A DNA stretch of 41,906 bases. It comes from Gammaproteobacteria bacterium (GTDB taxonomy: Bacteria; Pseudomonadota; Gammaproteobacteria; Magnimaribacterales; TMED112). The notes under the pieces were generated by a model, which saw only the letters and a list, made by a program, of their open reading frames with translations, had not been told where the DNA came from and searched no databases. Of this stretch, positions 24,629 through 38,200 are shown piece by piece. The stretch lies in the NCBI GenBank assembly GCA_002684055.1, contig NYUL01000064.1:1-41906 (forward strand). Reading direction: 5' to 3'. A program made the translations under genes and the position numbers. The stretch's first letter is position 1; each line of letters starts with the position of its first letter.

Positions 24629-26176
24629 TTAGAATTCCAAGATGATCTTAACGTCTTCTTTTTGGCGTGGGTTGCGTGGCACCAAAGGACGGTTGTCGAG
24701 AAATAAAATCTCTCCGCTAGGTTTATTTATCTCCGATCTAGCAACGCCATCTGTGAACTCTACACCAAGCTCAACAGTTCTATTACCAACAACAGTTGTA
24801 GAACCAGTAAATGTTGTATCTATAGATGCTTGGAAACCAGGTGCGGTAATTGCGTTTGTATTTGATACAAAAGGAAATTTATTTCCATTAGTAGAAATGC
24901 CAACATAGTCCGTATTGTCATACGTAACTGGGTTGTAGTATAGGGACCTATCTTGAATGTACTTTAATACTAAAGTTTCTTCATTAAATGAAACAGCATA
25001 TCCTCTAGCTATACCAACATCAGTTTGCTGTTCAATAATATCACCCACCTCAATGGGTCCACTAACGCTACCAGGTTCAAGTTTTAGAGAATCTGCTGCT
25101 GTAAATGTATTATCAGTAAATATAGTCTCTGATTCCGAAATAGTTGGATTTCTAAGAATACCAATTTGGGCGAATTGAGTATCGATAGGAAAATCTTCGT
25201 TGGAATCATCAAAACGAGCATATACCAATACTCTATCTGTACCTAGCTCTACGTAGATATCATATCCATGACCAAGTGATGGTGGAATAATAACATCCAA
25301 TTTAGCAGCTTCAGATGCACTTGTATTAATGGTACCAAGATCAACTAGACCCCAAGTATATCCTTTGCCCCCTTTGGATACAATGGCTTTACTGATTTGA
25401 CCAGAGTTAACATCAATAACGGCTCTGGCGCCCGTACCATCACCGATAATGTTAAGCTCTTGCCCAACACCGCCAGAATAACCTGCTCCCCTCTTATCGA
25501 TATATATTTCTTTTAGTTGTGCGTCATTAACTGGGGAATCACCACTTTCTCTAATTGCAACAATTTGTGGAGAGTTGGATGTTAGCCAATCGCTGGGGAC
25601 TGTGATATACTCTGTACTATCAAACTTAACAACGTCTGCAGGAGAGACTGTAAATAGATACTTCCAAATATATCCATCACCACTGGAACCAGCTGCTGAT
25701 GGTTCTGAGTCCACAAAAGTTGGCTCATCTTCGGAACCATTACCTTTGGGGTTATCTCCACTAGAACCATTGCTTAAGCACTCATATACACGGAAATCAC
25801 TATTAATAACATAGTAATTTGCATCATATAATCTAGTAGAGCCTGTATTGGGAGAGACATTATATACACTATAGTCATCTCTATATTGTTCATATCGAGT
25901 TCCTTTAGTCCACTCAACACGGCGAATTACTCTACGAATATTCCCTGGAGTAATTCTTCTCCCATATAGCATCCAATCATAACACCCACGAATATATGAA
26001 AAGTTATCAATAGGTGATAGTGGATCCGTATTCCAATCTAATGAACGTCCATATTCTGGTCCTACCGGATTCGGCAGACCAACAAAAATGTAGTACGCAT
26101 TATCGGGATCTGTGACAGATTTGATAAAGTTGTCAGCATTAAATAGCCTAAACTCATCAGTGATTAAAGCAGCCAT
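24629..26176 (-). CDS. g8: baseplate wedge protein (T4 gp8) with insertions
   Basis: 515 aa. SSGDGYIWKYLFTVSPADV...TEYITVP aligns with T4 gp8 GDGYVWEYLFEIPPDV...NEYIVVP. The C-terminus GEILFLDNRPLVPRNPRQKEDVKIILEF aligns with GEMIYMENRPPIIMAMDQTEEINILFTF. It is ~180 aa longer than T4 gp8 (334 aa). Confidence 0.85.
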   Translation of the reverse strand: MAALITDEFRLFNADNFIKSVTDPDNAYYIFVGLPNPVGPEYGRSLDWNTDPLSPIDNFSYIRGCYDWMLYGRRITPGNIRRVIRRVEWTKGTRYEQYRDDYSVYNVSPNTGSTRLYDANYYVINSDFRVYECLSNGSSGDNPKGNGSEDEPTFVDSEPSAAGSSGDGYIWKYLFTVSPADVVKFDSTEYITVPSDWLTSNSPQIVAIRESGDSPVNDAQLKEIYIDKRGAGYSGGVGQELNIIGDGTGARAVIDVNSGQISKAIVSKGGKGYTWGLVDLGTINTSASEAAKLDVIIPPSLGHGYDIYVELGTDRVLVYARFDDSNEDFPIDTQFAQIGILRNPTISESETIFTDNTFTAADSLKLEPGSVSGPIEVGDIIEQQTDVGIARGYAVSFNEETLVLKYIQDRSLYYNPVTYDNTDYVGISTNGNKFPFVSNTNAITAPGFQASIDTTFTGSTTVVGNRTVELGVEFTDGVARSEINKPSGEILFLDNRPLVPRNPRQKEDVKIILEF

Positions 26177-26211
26177 GGTATAAATTTAAAGGGGCAATAA
26201 TACCTTTTCCT

Positions 26212-26219
26212 TATTTATA
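26212..26219 (-). promoter_or_regulatory. late promoter motif TATAAATA overlapping the g7 stop, upstream of g8
   Basis: Plus tatttata. It contains the TAA of the giant ORF (26215-26217) and lies 35 nt upstream of the g8 ATG (26176). Confidence 0.4.
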
Positions 26220-29200
26220 CTCTCTTCGCAAGACCACCTCTGTCACGCAATCCACCCTTCGTCCTAGATAGAGTTGGGAAGTTAATCATATCGCTTGTAT
26301 ATGTTGGGTTTGGAATATCAAAGGGAATCGATACGTCAAAGTCGCGAATGACTGAACCAATTGCCCCAAAAGACATATAGCCAAGCTGATCGCCAGTGCC
26401 ACTCACACCTGACTGATTTGTCCTAACATTTACATCAACAAATCCCTCAAGAGAGTTTATGTAAGTAACGCTTGCGACTTTGTAGACACAATCTAGGAAC
26501 TGTGTTCCTACCCCAACAACATCAAGAATGTTTTGACCAATAGCCTCCACCCCATTTCCAATCACGGATTCGCTTACGACAATATAGTCTCCAACAAATA
26601 GTGAGGTGATTAGTTCAAATTGATCAATCTTTCTAAAGAAGAATCTAATAGAACCATTACTACCTTGTATTTGAGTAATGATTGAGGAATATCCCCTAAT
26701 GAAATCTCCATTAATTTTAACTTTATTTTCGTAGACGATACTAGGTTCTTCAATTAAGACTGTTGGGGGTTTGGCTGGATCATAACCAGAGTTATTGAAT
26801 GGAACTTGGACGAATGCAATCTCACCCGTGATTGGTTGGATTGAAATTGTTCCTACTGTTGCTCGGTTTCCAGGACCATTTGGTGGGGCAATAGTTATCT
26901 TTGTATTGCCTGGATATCCTCTGCCATTATTACCATTAACAAAGTTAATTCCAGTAACAGTACCCGAAGCATTTACTACAGCCACTGGCTCTGCTGGAAC
27001 AAACTCCGTTCCTGAGGAAGTAAATATATTTGGTTGAGAATATATTCTCCCAGCAATATTTTCAAGATTTGTTACACTATCAAAAGCATCTTCTTCATAT
27101 CTGAATAGCTGTGCGCTTTCAATATAGAACGTAGAACTTGTATTTGTTAGGGGTGCAAGAATTGCGGGATCAGGTCTGATAATAGACTCAATACTATCTC
27201 TAGTTTTAAATATTGGCTGACCATAGATGAACAAATCTCTTTTCTGCTTATCCCAAGCAACCTGTCGTGGATTAGTATCATCTATATCGTTATTGCCAAC
27301 ATAGACATTAGTTCTAGCAGTATCTGATGAGGCGATTTCGGTTACAAGACGAATGTCTTGTGTCTTACTACCTTCAAAAACATCATTCTTTCTAATTTGT
27401 AACTGATCACCAGGGCGAACTGTTTCATTTACATCAGTCACAGTCGCACTATCAATTCCTCTCTTGCCACGGTAGAAGTAGATATCAATATTATCTTGTG
27501 GTAATGGGGCTTGTGTGAACTCAAAAGATGTACCACCCTCAAAGAAGTAATTTATATTTGGTGTTTGAAGGACAGTATTAACATAGATCATCAGAATTGA
27601 ACTTAGATCAATTGCGTCTGAGTCTTCATCTTCGGGGTCTTTTTCAAACGAGAATTGTTCTCCATTGTAAATCAATGGGAATCTTGTTCTGGTCCCGTCC
27701 TGTAGAGATTTAATACTATCAATGTAGTCTTGCTGACCATAGTTCCAATAAGCAAAGTTATCGGTGAATATAGTCAATACGTTCAATTGGAATGGGTTAA
27801 ATGGTTGAGTCAATGTTTTGTCAGTTACTAGCCCAACAACCTCAACGATGTCACCTTCAGCAAAACCAAAACCTTGATTGCTGATCTCATAACCAGTTAC
27901 TTCAAAGTAATCCGATCTTCCGACAGCAGTAGTTCTTGCTCCACCAACATCACACGTAATGAATAAATTCTCACCACTGGTTATTGAACCATCTCTACGG
28001 AATACTGTCTTAATAGGTAGATTGAAGTAACTAGGTGAAGGAGCCCAGATATATGGATCAACATAACCAGTACCAGGATTATCAACAATAATCTGTAGCT
28101 CACCACCAGGACCGGGAACACCACGAATAGAAGCAGCAACTCCAGTGTGACCTTCTTCAGTAACACCAATAGATACCGCTGTGTTATATCCAGAGCCAAC
28201 ATTATTTTTTGTAATTTGACCGATAATTCCTCCGCTCACGTAATTATGAACGATAGTAGAAAGACCGACTTGTAGATTAAAGTGAGCATCATCCAATCTA
28301 TTAATGACTGGAACGTTATCAACTCCAGGTACTGGGAAGACTGTGGTTGTTAAGCCAGCAGTTTGTCCGCTTGGGCATTCAAAGATAAGACCATTTAGAG
28401 CAACGAAACTTGGATTTAATAATTCATTACCAAACTCAAATGGTCTAAACTTCTGCCAATTACCACCAGAAACATATGTATGGTCAATCGTTGAGATTCC
28501 GACATTAACTGAGAATGTATTATCAGTAATAATATTTTCAACAGAAAATACTGATTCTTTATCTGGATAAATCGCAGTACCCGAACTACAAGATAATAGG
28601 ATGTTGGACAGCTGAATAATGTCTCCTCTACGGATGTTCTGACCGCTCAGAGACTGTGCTGTATTAATTATTAGCCTACCACTCTCTTTAAAGTAGATGG
28701 CTCCAGAAATCGGTTCTAGACCCGTTACATTGGTACCAATTGCAGTGACTAACAATCTACCATTTTGATTATCATATTCTGCCCATTGTACATCAGTTGC
28801 TGGTCCAAATGTATTGTCCGTAAATACACCAACAATACCACCACCCGAAACTTCTGGTTCAAGAATCGCATCATATAAAGGAGCATAGCCAAGACCTGGA
28901 GTTGAACCGAGAGATACTATCAAACCACCTCTAGGTACCTGTGTTTGGTTGACATCAAACTGGGAGACAACTCTCTGTCCATTTTCGGAAGTAATACCAG
29001 TAAAGACTACTGTTGATTTTGGAATTTCTGGACTAAATGTTACTTCAATTGAACTGCCACTGATAGTTCCAGGAGGAGGAAGAAATCCAGAGATAATAGA
29101 ACCATTTACAAATTTAATAGTATTTAATGTTGCTAATCGCTCACCGCGATATACAAACTCGCCATTAGCAAACTTCACATTTATATCATAAATTAAACCA

Positions 29201-32200
29201 TCATCTATGGAATCAAAGTAATTTTTCCTATCAACATTATTGGCATCAATGTTATTGAGACCCAAATTAGCATTGCCAGCACTCAACCTCAACTCACCAA
29301 TGTCAGCATTAGCAGCATCGGTATTATCACTCCAAAGATAACCAATAACTTGCTGAGCACCAGTAAAGAAATAGTCGTTGCCTTGATTGTTATCGGTTGA
29401 AGGTGTTTGATATATGTCGTTGATGACTAAACAACCACCACCATTCTCAATACCACCCGTAGAAATACCATTACTTGTTAGAACGAACTCATTAGTATTA
29501 CCATTAAACTGATCACTAATGTCATCAAAAACGGCAATGTCATCATAATTTTTCTGTAAGAAAGTTCTTCCTTGGAAAGTTGAGTTAGTTACAACTAAAT
29601 TGTTTTCATTTGGCTGCTGTGGTCCTCTTCCATTCGGAGCTGCGGTAAAGATAATATCCGAAGCAACAATATTATAGTTACCTCTATATAACTCCATTTC
29701 GCTATTTGCGGGATGTGATGTGGCAGCAGAGCCAATGACACCACGATCAGCCTTAACAAGAGGAATAACTCCCGTATTAGAGATTGGTCCTAATGGAGAT
29801 GTGGCAAAACCAACGTTATCAATGAGAACAAACTCTTCATCAATCAATAGCAAATCACCAGAACTCAATGTTCCAATTCCCGCAAGTACTAGGAACTCTT
29901 CCTCACTATTAATTGTATTTGTCAATTCATACTCAAAGTTGGTAGTTGCGATTGGTGCCTGAATAACCCCATCAATTGTAAATAGAGATTTCTCAAGTTT
30001 TTTCTCCATCCCAATGATATGAGCATTCCCACTACCAAATCCAACAAAACTAATAAAAGTTCTATCAATCGCATCTTGTAAAGTTGCTGCCAATTGGAAT
30101 CTATTTAAGTCTAGTTTGATTGACCAGACTTTAGGTGGCAATTTATCTGTAGTAACTCCAAGATAGTCCACTGTCGGAACAATCTCTATAGGAGTAGCAC
30201 TACTTGGATCTATACTATCTCCAGGAATATAGTATAGTTCTTCTGCGGGACTAAAGAAATGTGAAGTTATTGTAATTATGTTATTTAATTCATCAATGAC
30301 CTGTACGGGATCAAATATTTTTTCATAAATTGGAATTCCATTATAATTCAAAGGGAAGCGAACTTTATTCGTCCTTTCACCCAATGGGGCATTATATAGA
30401 TCTAGTAAGTATGACTCCTGATTAGCCTGATAAAGAAGAGGTCTTGGATCATAATTGATAGTATCGTATTTCCTATAGAAAGCTTCAGCATATACTGTGA
30501 TGTTGATGGGCTCTACTGGATTACCTCCGATATCGGGCTTAAACTTAAGAATCCAGTCTGGACCAATAAGTTCCGCAGTAAATTCCCCAATACCCCCTTC
30601 ACCGTCAGCACCATCACCTTCTGTCAGGAATGGATATGCATTAGTGTATGATGAACCGTCAGAATTTGCTATCATAATTTGATGAATAGCACCGAGAGTA
30701 GATCCTTGAATATAAGCAACAACTTTGGCTGTCTGGAATAGTTCAGGATCTAAAGTAAGAACATCAATTGAAGCATCTGCAGTACTTCCAGTTACTTTAT
30801 TTGAAAGTAGGTTGAGTCCTCTTTCAGAACCTAAAGGTATATTATCTTTCTTGAATGGGTATGGATTATCACCTGATGCATTTGGCTTAAATTCTATTTC
30901 TTTGGTTTCAATTCTAAGTATTTTATCAGTTGGGTTTATGACATTAACACGAATACGTCCACCACCCAAATTAGTAGTAAACTGATATCCAGCCTCACTA
31001 ACATCTTGTAATGCAGTGCCATCAAATGAATAGATAGCTGAATATGTATCGGAACCGATCCGCACAACATAAACTTCATAGTAAGAAGGAATACCGTCAC
31101 CATTTAGAGCATAGACATGTAGAGCAACAGCATCAACTGAAGTATTAGGAGCAGCGTAGATTTGTTGTGTTGTGGTTGGAGGTACATTAGAAATCCCCCC
31201 ACCCAAAGTAACGTATCCGATTTGTTTTGGGGGTAATGAATTTGTTTCAAACTTTTGAACCAATAGCTTAAGGTCCATATCAAATGTATCTGGCTCAGCT
31301 GGGGTAAATCTCAATGAATAGTCACTATTGTTTAGTGACTTTGACTCAAAGTCGCCGTGTGGGACATCACCATCAAATACATCAGCCTTATTCATAGTAA
31401 AGGCTTTATTATCATAAGTAAGGGAAACAATTTCTGATAGTTGAACTTCATCCGTATTTGGATTTCTAACTTGAATTATACCCGCAGTAAAGATATCAGT
31501 GATTACATTAAATTCGATATACTCATTTTGACCACGAAGATTGTCACTATCAATAAAGTCATTACTAACATTATCAATCAACAATACTCTATTAGTCTTA
31601 ACTTCAATGTAATCAGTCAACCTCTTATATGGCACAGCACTATTAAATCTAATAGCATTTGTTTTGTTATTGATAACATTATCATCATATCCCAAATCAA
31701 ATACATTAATTCTATCTACACGCAGAGGTGTGCGAGCAACATCAGTCAATCCAATAAAATCAAGAATAAGAGTTGTGTCGGTAGAAATAGCAGTTGTTCC
31801 AAAACCAGCATTGCCAAAAGCCTCAATTCGGGTATCGGAGAAGTTCTTCAATCCTATAGGATGGACCAATCTATTAACTGGACCAATAAGCTCTTCAAAG
31901 TTGATTGTGCTCTTAATGGAGTATGATAGATTCTGGTAATAATTGTTATCTGGAATTACTTGAAACTCATCATCAAGGAATCCAATAGCATCACTCCAAC
32001 CTGCACTGGTACGACTGATAGTCTCAATTTTATATCTACAGAAGCTCTTATCAATATTAGTTACAGTGGCTATAACACCACTAACGTTTCCTCTAACAGA
32101 ATCTCCCACTAATAGATTAAAGTTCCCTTTAATTTTAAAGAAGTTTGTGTTTGATTCTTCTACAACCAAATCAGTTTCCTGAACTACTCCATTATCAATT

Positions 32201-35200
32201 AAGGAGAGTCTTTCCCCCTCAATGAATACCGCAGTAGTTTGATTGACTTGGAATATTGGATATATCTTTTTATTGACAATTGAAGAGAATGCGTTTTGGA
32301 AGGTAGCGGCAACTCCAACATTAGTGTCAGGATACTGAACTCTAATAACAACGGGATTAGTAGCCTGAACAGCAACAACATCAAAGAACGTATATCCATA
32401 CTCCGATGAATTCATATTTGTGTCTTGCACTGCTGTGTTGATAGCAAAAATATTTTCAATGAATACCTTATCACCAACCTCAAATGGCGCATCAAGATAT
32501 CCCGCAATTGGGGTCTGCATCAAATAATCAACAAAACCAGTTCCCTGATTAGCAACCTGATTTATGATTTGTAAAATTGGTACGCCATTACTATTATTTG
32601 TAGTAAAGAATTCGTGGGAATTTTTAGATAGACCAGATGGAGCAACATCTATTTCAACGTCAACAACTTTGGATGATTGTGTTTGAACAAAAATTGAACC
32701 GCTGTTAATAACATCTCTCGTTACAGAGTCAATTAGAACACCGTCTGGATCAGACTGGTATCCAATACCACCATTCAAAACTTCAATACTAGTAATAAAA
32801 TCAGAATCTGTAAATTCAATACTAGGCTGAACGATACCCTTTGGTCTTATCGTTCTATCAGCAGAGTATGCCCAACCTGGGTTCTGAATTCTAAAAGAAG
32901 AAACTTCTCCAATATTACTAGATGATGCTCTCAACGAAGCATTGGTTCCAGTTGGACTTTGAATTGTTATAAACTCTGGTAGAGTATCAAAGTTTTTGCC
33001 AGACGAAATAATCCTAATGGTACCAACAGGTCCAGTAGTATTAATGGATGATGTTAAATACTTTAAATTAGCTTGGGATGGAAGATACTTACTAACTTCA
33101 GGTCTCTGGGGAAGTGATAATGAGAATACCGAGTCCCCTTCTACAGTAACAGTTCCCCTAATGCTATAAGTACTATTCACATAACTAATTGAGTTATATG
33201 AAATGGCGTTAGTATCTGCAGTGGAAATGTATCCTCCAGACTCAAGACCATAATAGATAACACCAGGATTGTTAGTAGAATATCTAATATTTTTCTCGCC
33301 ATCAGGAAATCCTTCGGTAGAAATACCACTAACAACAAACACCCTGTCAATACTGTTGTTTTCAAAAACTTCAGTTAGTGATTGATCATAAAAGAATTTT
33401 AACTCTTTACCAAATAATGTGGGTGATGACACATCAAAGTTGATGTCATGGTTACTGATGATATTGAGTTCTGGATTTACTTTGGCAAATACTTGATTAC
33501 CTACGCCCTGCGAATTTAATTCGATTGGATTTTCAGAACCAATTTTAGTATCAATTTCAGTTTGGGCAACGTAGAATCTGTCAGAATCAAATGGAATTAC
33601 AAAGTACTTACCATTATTGGTTAACCCAGAAATAACAGTGTCAGCAGCAGTGTAGAGAATATAATCAGCAAGAATATATCCGTGATTTTCAATAGTAATT
33701 AGATTTAGTGATGTATCAACATCTGCAGGAAGAGCTATCTCAGGATCAATTATTAGAGACTGTGATACCTCATTAAATTCAACTACAATAGAAGAGTTTG
33801 ATCCAATGCCAGCAGGACCAAAAGGAATTACACTCACATCTACAGCATCTCCATTCTCTAGTTGATGGGGTTCTATAGTCGTAATATTAGATCTAATTCT
33901 ATCAAGGTTAGCTGTTTCAGCAAATCTATCAGTGATGATATTATAGCGGAAAAGATCACTACCATCAGAAAGAATAACTAAATCCTCTTCTTCTGGACTA
34001 AACCTAAGTCCAATCAAATCTTTTGATACATTATGAACATATAAAGTTTCTTCATCACCAATCTGTGGAATAATTTGAATGTTACCTGCATTATCCCTAA
34101 CTTGAATAGGTGCCCCAAGTGCTGGCTTAATAAAAGTAACTTTTTCTAAGTTTCTAAACTGATGTGAAGGTGCGTAGATAGAAGCAGCAGGAATAGAAAT
34201 TTCATAATTAATATTACCAATTGAATAGATTCTTTCTGTTGTTTCCCCTAACTCACTAGCAGTACTAAACGTCTGCCTTGGATTGAAGAAGTAATCTTCA
34301 TTCAACTCAGATTCAAACTCATCGGTTCTTACATCAATATCAAAGAAATTTTTGATAGGGAATACTCTTGCTCCAATAGGAGCAACAGTTGATGTTGCTT
34401 GTGATCTATAAACTCTAAGAGCTTTATTTATGGGGAAAATATTTAATACGCTTACTTCCTCAATATCATTACCACTTCCAATAGTCAAAGAAGAACCAAC
34501 GCTGACATTTGATGAAATATAATTTACGAAAATGTCTATCGCACCTTCAGAAACAGCTGCTGGAACTGGATTATAAAGACTCATTGACGTATTGTCAATA
34601 CTAACAATACGTGAGCCGCCAATAACGGAAGTGAACGTAGTTAGACCACTAATGATAACAGAGTCGCCCTCGCGATAGGCGTGAACAGGATCAACATAAA
34701 TGCGAACAGTACTTTGATCAACTCTAATAACTTTTGTTACTAATTTACTATATGACAAAGTATCTTCGTCAATAGTTGATATACCAAACCCAACTACCTG
34801 ACTAACAATAGAACTGACAGAATCTTCACTACTATCAAAGATAGGAATATCACCAACACCGTAACTATTTCCAGCACCAACAATAGCAATGCCATCAATC
34901 TCACCAGGAGAAATTGATTCAACAATCTGGTCTTGAGTGTCAAACAAATATGATTGAACTAAGAATTCACTACCAGCGAATGGGCTACCCACATAATACG
35001 GGAAAGTATTTCTAAAGATTGGCTTATCATTAACATCAAAGTCTTGATCAATATTAGTACTTGAAGGTTCAATAGCAGAGTCTCTGAATTCTGGACCAAT
35101 GAAGTATGGGAATTGTGGTTCTCTGGCACTTGACTGCTGATCAGCGGCGATACCAGCAAAGTATGCATACACGCCATCAGGGAATTCGGGAGTAGAACAG

Positions 35201-38200
35201 TATCTGCCATTATACTCATCTAGGTCTCCTCCATCAACATACTTATAGTCTTCGGTAAAGAAGCCAGCTGGATAAGATTGTTGTCTTGGTCGTCCAAATA
35301 CATCCTCAGGGGCTAAAATATATGCGGTCTCCATAGCTCTAATACCAGAGTTAGTATCTCTGGGATCAGAATAGCCAAAACCACCATAAATTGGGTTACC
35401 ATCATTAGCCCAACCAATGATAGGGGAATGAATGTTACCATCGTCATTATATACATCTTCTCTTAACTTTCTATCATAGGCTACAATTCTATAGTTGTTC
35501 TGACTTAGAACCTCAAATCCAAACCTAGCATATAAGTTAATTGTTAAGTCTCTAATCCTAGGAATAATGATAGCATCTTTACCTGGATCAACCACTTTAA
35601 TTTTTGTAGTGGTTTCTCCATAGCTGATACCAGGATTAATGATAATGACCTCTTCAATTTTACCATCAACAACAATAGCCCTTAACTTACCACCAACACC
35701 ACTATCAGATGAATCTTCAATAATTAGATTTGGACTATCCGCATACTCTTTACCAGAATTTAAAATTTGAATTCCAGTAATCCTACCTTCAACAATTGAT
35801 GGTACGATAGCAGCACCAGTTCCAGATGATAATTCAACATTTGGAGTTTTTTGGAAGTTTGTGATGTCACTACCATAGTAGCCACCGTCATTAGTGTAAA
35901 CTTGCTCAATAGATCCTCTAATAACTGGAGTAGCTTTAACTTCTCCACTAAAAGTACTAGCATAAGAAACAACAACTTCGGTTGTAATATCTGGATACTT
36001 AATATTGTGCTTACCAGTTCCCTCACTGGTTAAATCAACAAACTCCAATCTTTCATAGTTACTGCTAATAGTAGCACCAATACCTGCATCAGACAACTTA
36101 AGAATATTGTCATCTACTTTATAAACGTAGTATTGATTTGAAGTTGATAGCCCACCAATTGGGATCCCAGTAGTACCATACTCAACAATATCACCACTCT
36201 CAAAACCGTGCTCAAAATATCTAATTTCATCATACGCAGTAAAGACGTTTGATGGCTCAAACTCCATATTTCTATAATAGAAAAAACCACCATCATCGGA
36301 GATAGTAGCTCCAATAATTGTATTTTTCCTTAATGTGTCAAATGATTGAATACCATAACCATTTAAGTTTTGTGAGAGGTATACTGGATCACCGCCACTC
36401 TTTAGTTTATCTAGAGTTTCGTATAATCTAACTGTTCTTATATTTAAGACTTCAACATAGTAAATACCACCATTAGACAGTGTAGTTCCAGTACTAATTG
36501 CTGGTACAGCATTTTTTGAGGTACCAATACTTTTTGCGCCTTTATTGTTATAGACAACAGCATCTCCATCAGACAAGTTATGGGGTACCTGGAATAAAAT
36601 ACTATCGTCAGTATAATTAACACCCCCACCAAGTTCAGTAACTCTACTGTCAAAAGGAATAATTCTATTTTGCCTGTCAACAACAGGGATTGCTGTAGCA
36701 CCTCTACTATTACCACCGCGCACAGTAATACTGAATGCTTGATCAATATCAAAATCTTGTGGGTCAATTACAATTTCCTCTAGCTTCCCTTTAACTACAG
36801 GAGTACCAAAAGCTCTAGTAGGAACAACAGGAGGGGCTACTAACTCATAGATTAATACATCGGGTTCTGCAATTTCAACTTTTGGTGGAGTAATTACACT
36901 GTAACCTTCTCCCCGTGCGACCGCATCTAATTTCTCAATAGGTCCCAAATATACTTTATCGGGGGACTTATATGATACAATCTCCACACCATTAGTAAGT
37001 ACGGCGATAGCACCAGGTCTAGTGGGCTCTGGCTCTCTATCAATAGAAATTAAAGTATCAGATACTGGAATTTTTCTGAATACTCGCTTTGTAGTAATTT
37101 GGCGAGTTTTCTGACTCTCCAATGTGAAGAAATGCGTTCCAATTCCAGTAGTCTCGGTAAAGCCAACAAAACTTGTACTGCCAATAAAAGATGGAGACAC
37201 ATATAATTTAATTTTTCTCCTATCCTCTAGAATCTGAACATAATACTCACCAATATCAATTAGTGGAACAGTATCCTTACTGACAGTATATGAGATCAAA
37301 TCTCCCGTATAGAACTGAACTTCTTCTGGAAAAACGAGAGTGGAGTACTCATTAGTAAAGCTATTAAAATCTTCAAAGCTATCTGGAGTAGGATCGACTA
37401 TCGTACTCTCAACGATGTTGGATGTGATTTCATATGATGGAAGTGAATTCGTGGCAACATAATAATTAGAATCAAACTCTCTAGCATCATACAAATTCAA
37501 GACATTAGATAGTACCGCATTGTTACCATAATCAATGGGTGTACCGGTACTATTAGCATACTTCTGGTTTCTTCTAATATCAAGTGGTTGATTGGTGGGA
37601 ACACCGAAAGTGTCATTAATAGTCACTGTAGAATTGACAAAATCAACGCTATTTACAAGACGATTAGTGACATAAGCAATCTGACTACCACGTTGGAGAA
37701 TATCTACAGTATCTCCAGGAGCAATACTAGCTTTATCTAAGTAATTAGCAGATAAGGTAAATTCTGTACCCTCAACTTCTCTTACCTCAAATCTTACACT
37801 GGTGTTGTAAATGAAGCTGTTGGCAATAGTTTGTGGAACTGTCTGTGTTCCTCTAACTGCAATAGGACCAAGAATATTTTCACCAAGAGTATCTACTCTA
37901 ATTTTCTCTCCAATAAAGTTGAATGGAACTTCATTGTCAAATGTTAGGTCGGAAATAACACCAGTCAGTCTTACAATAATTTCTTCACCATCTGAACTAG
38001 TTCCCCTTACAACAATATTGTCAATAATCTCATCTTTGATCGCTACAGTTTTTAAAGGATCGGAGCAGGTTACACCCAAGAACTGATTGACGCTCTTTTG
38101 CTCATATTCAAATTCAACACCATCTTTGGTAATAAACTTACCGTTATTGCGGAAACCAATAGTACTATCTACTGTAATAGTAGTGTCGCCTGGATTCCAA

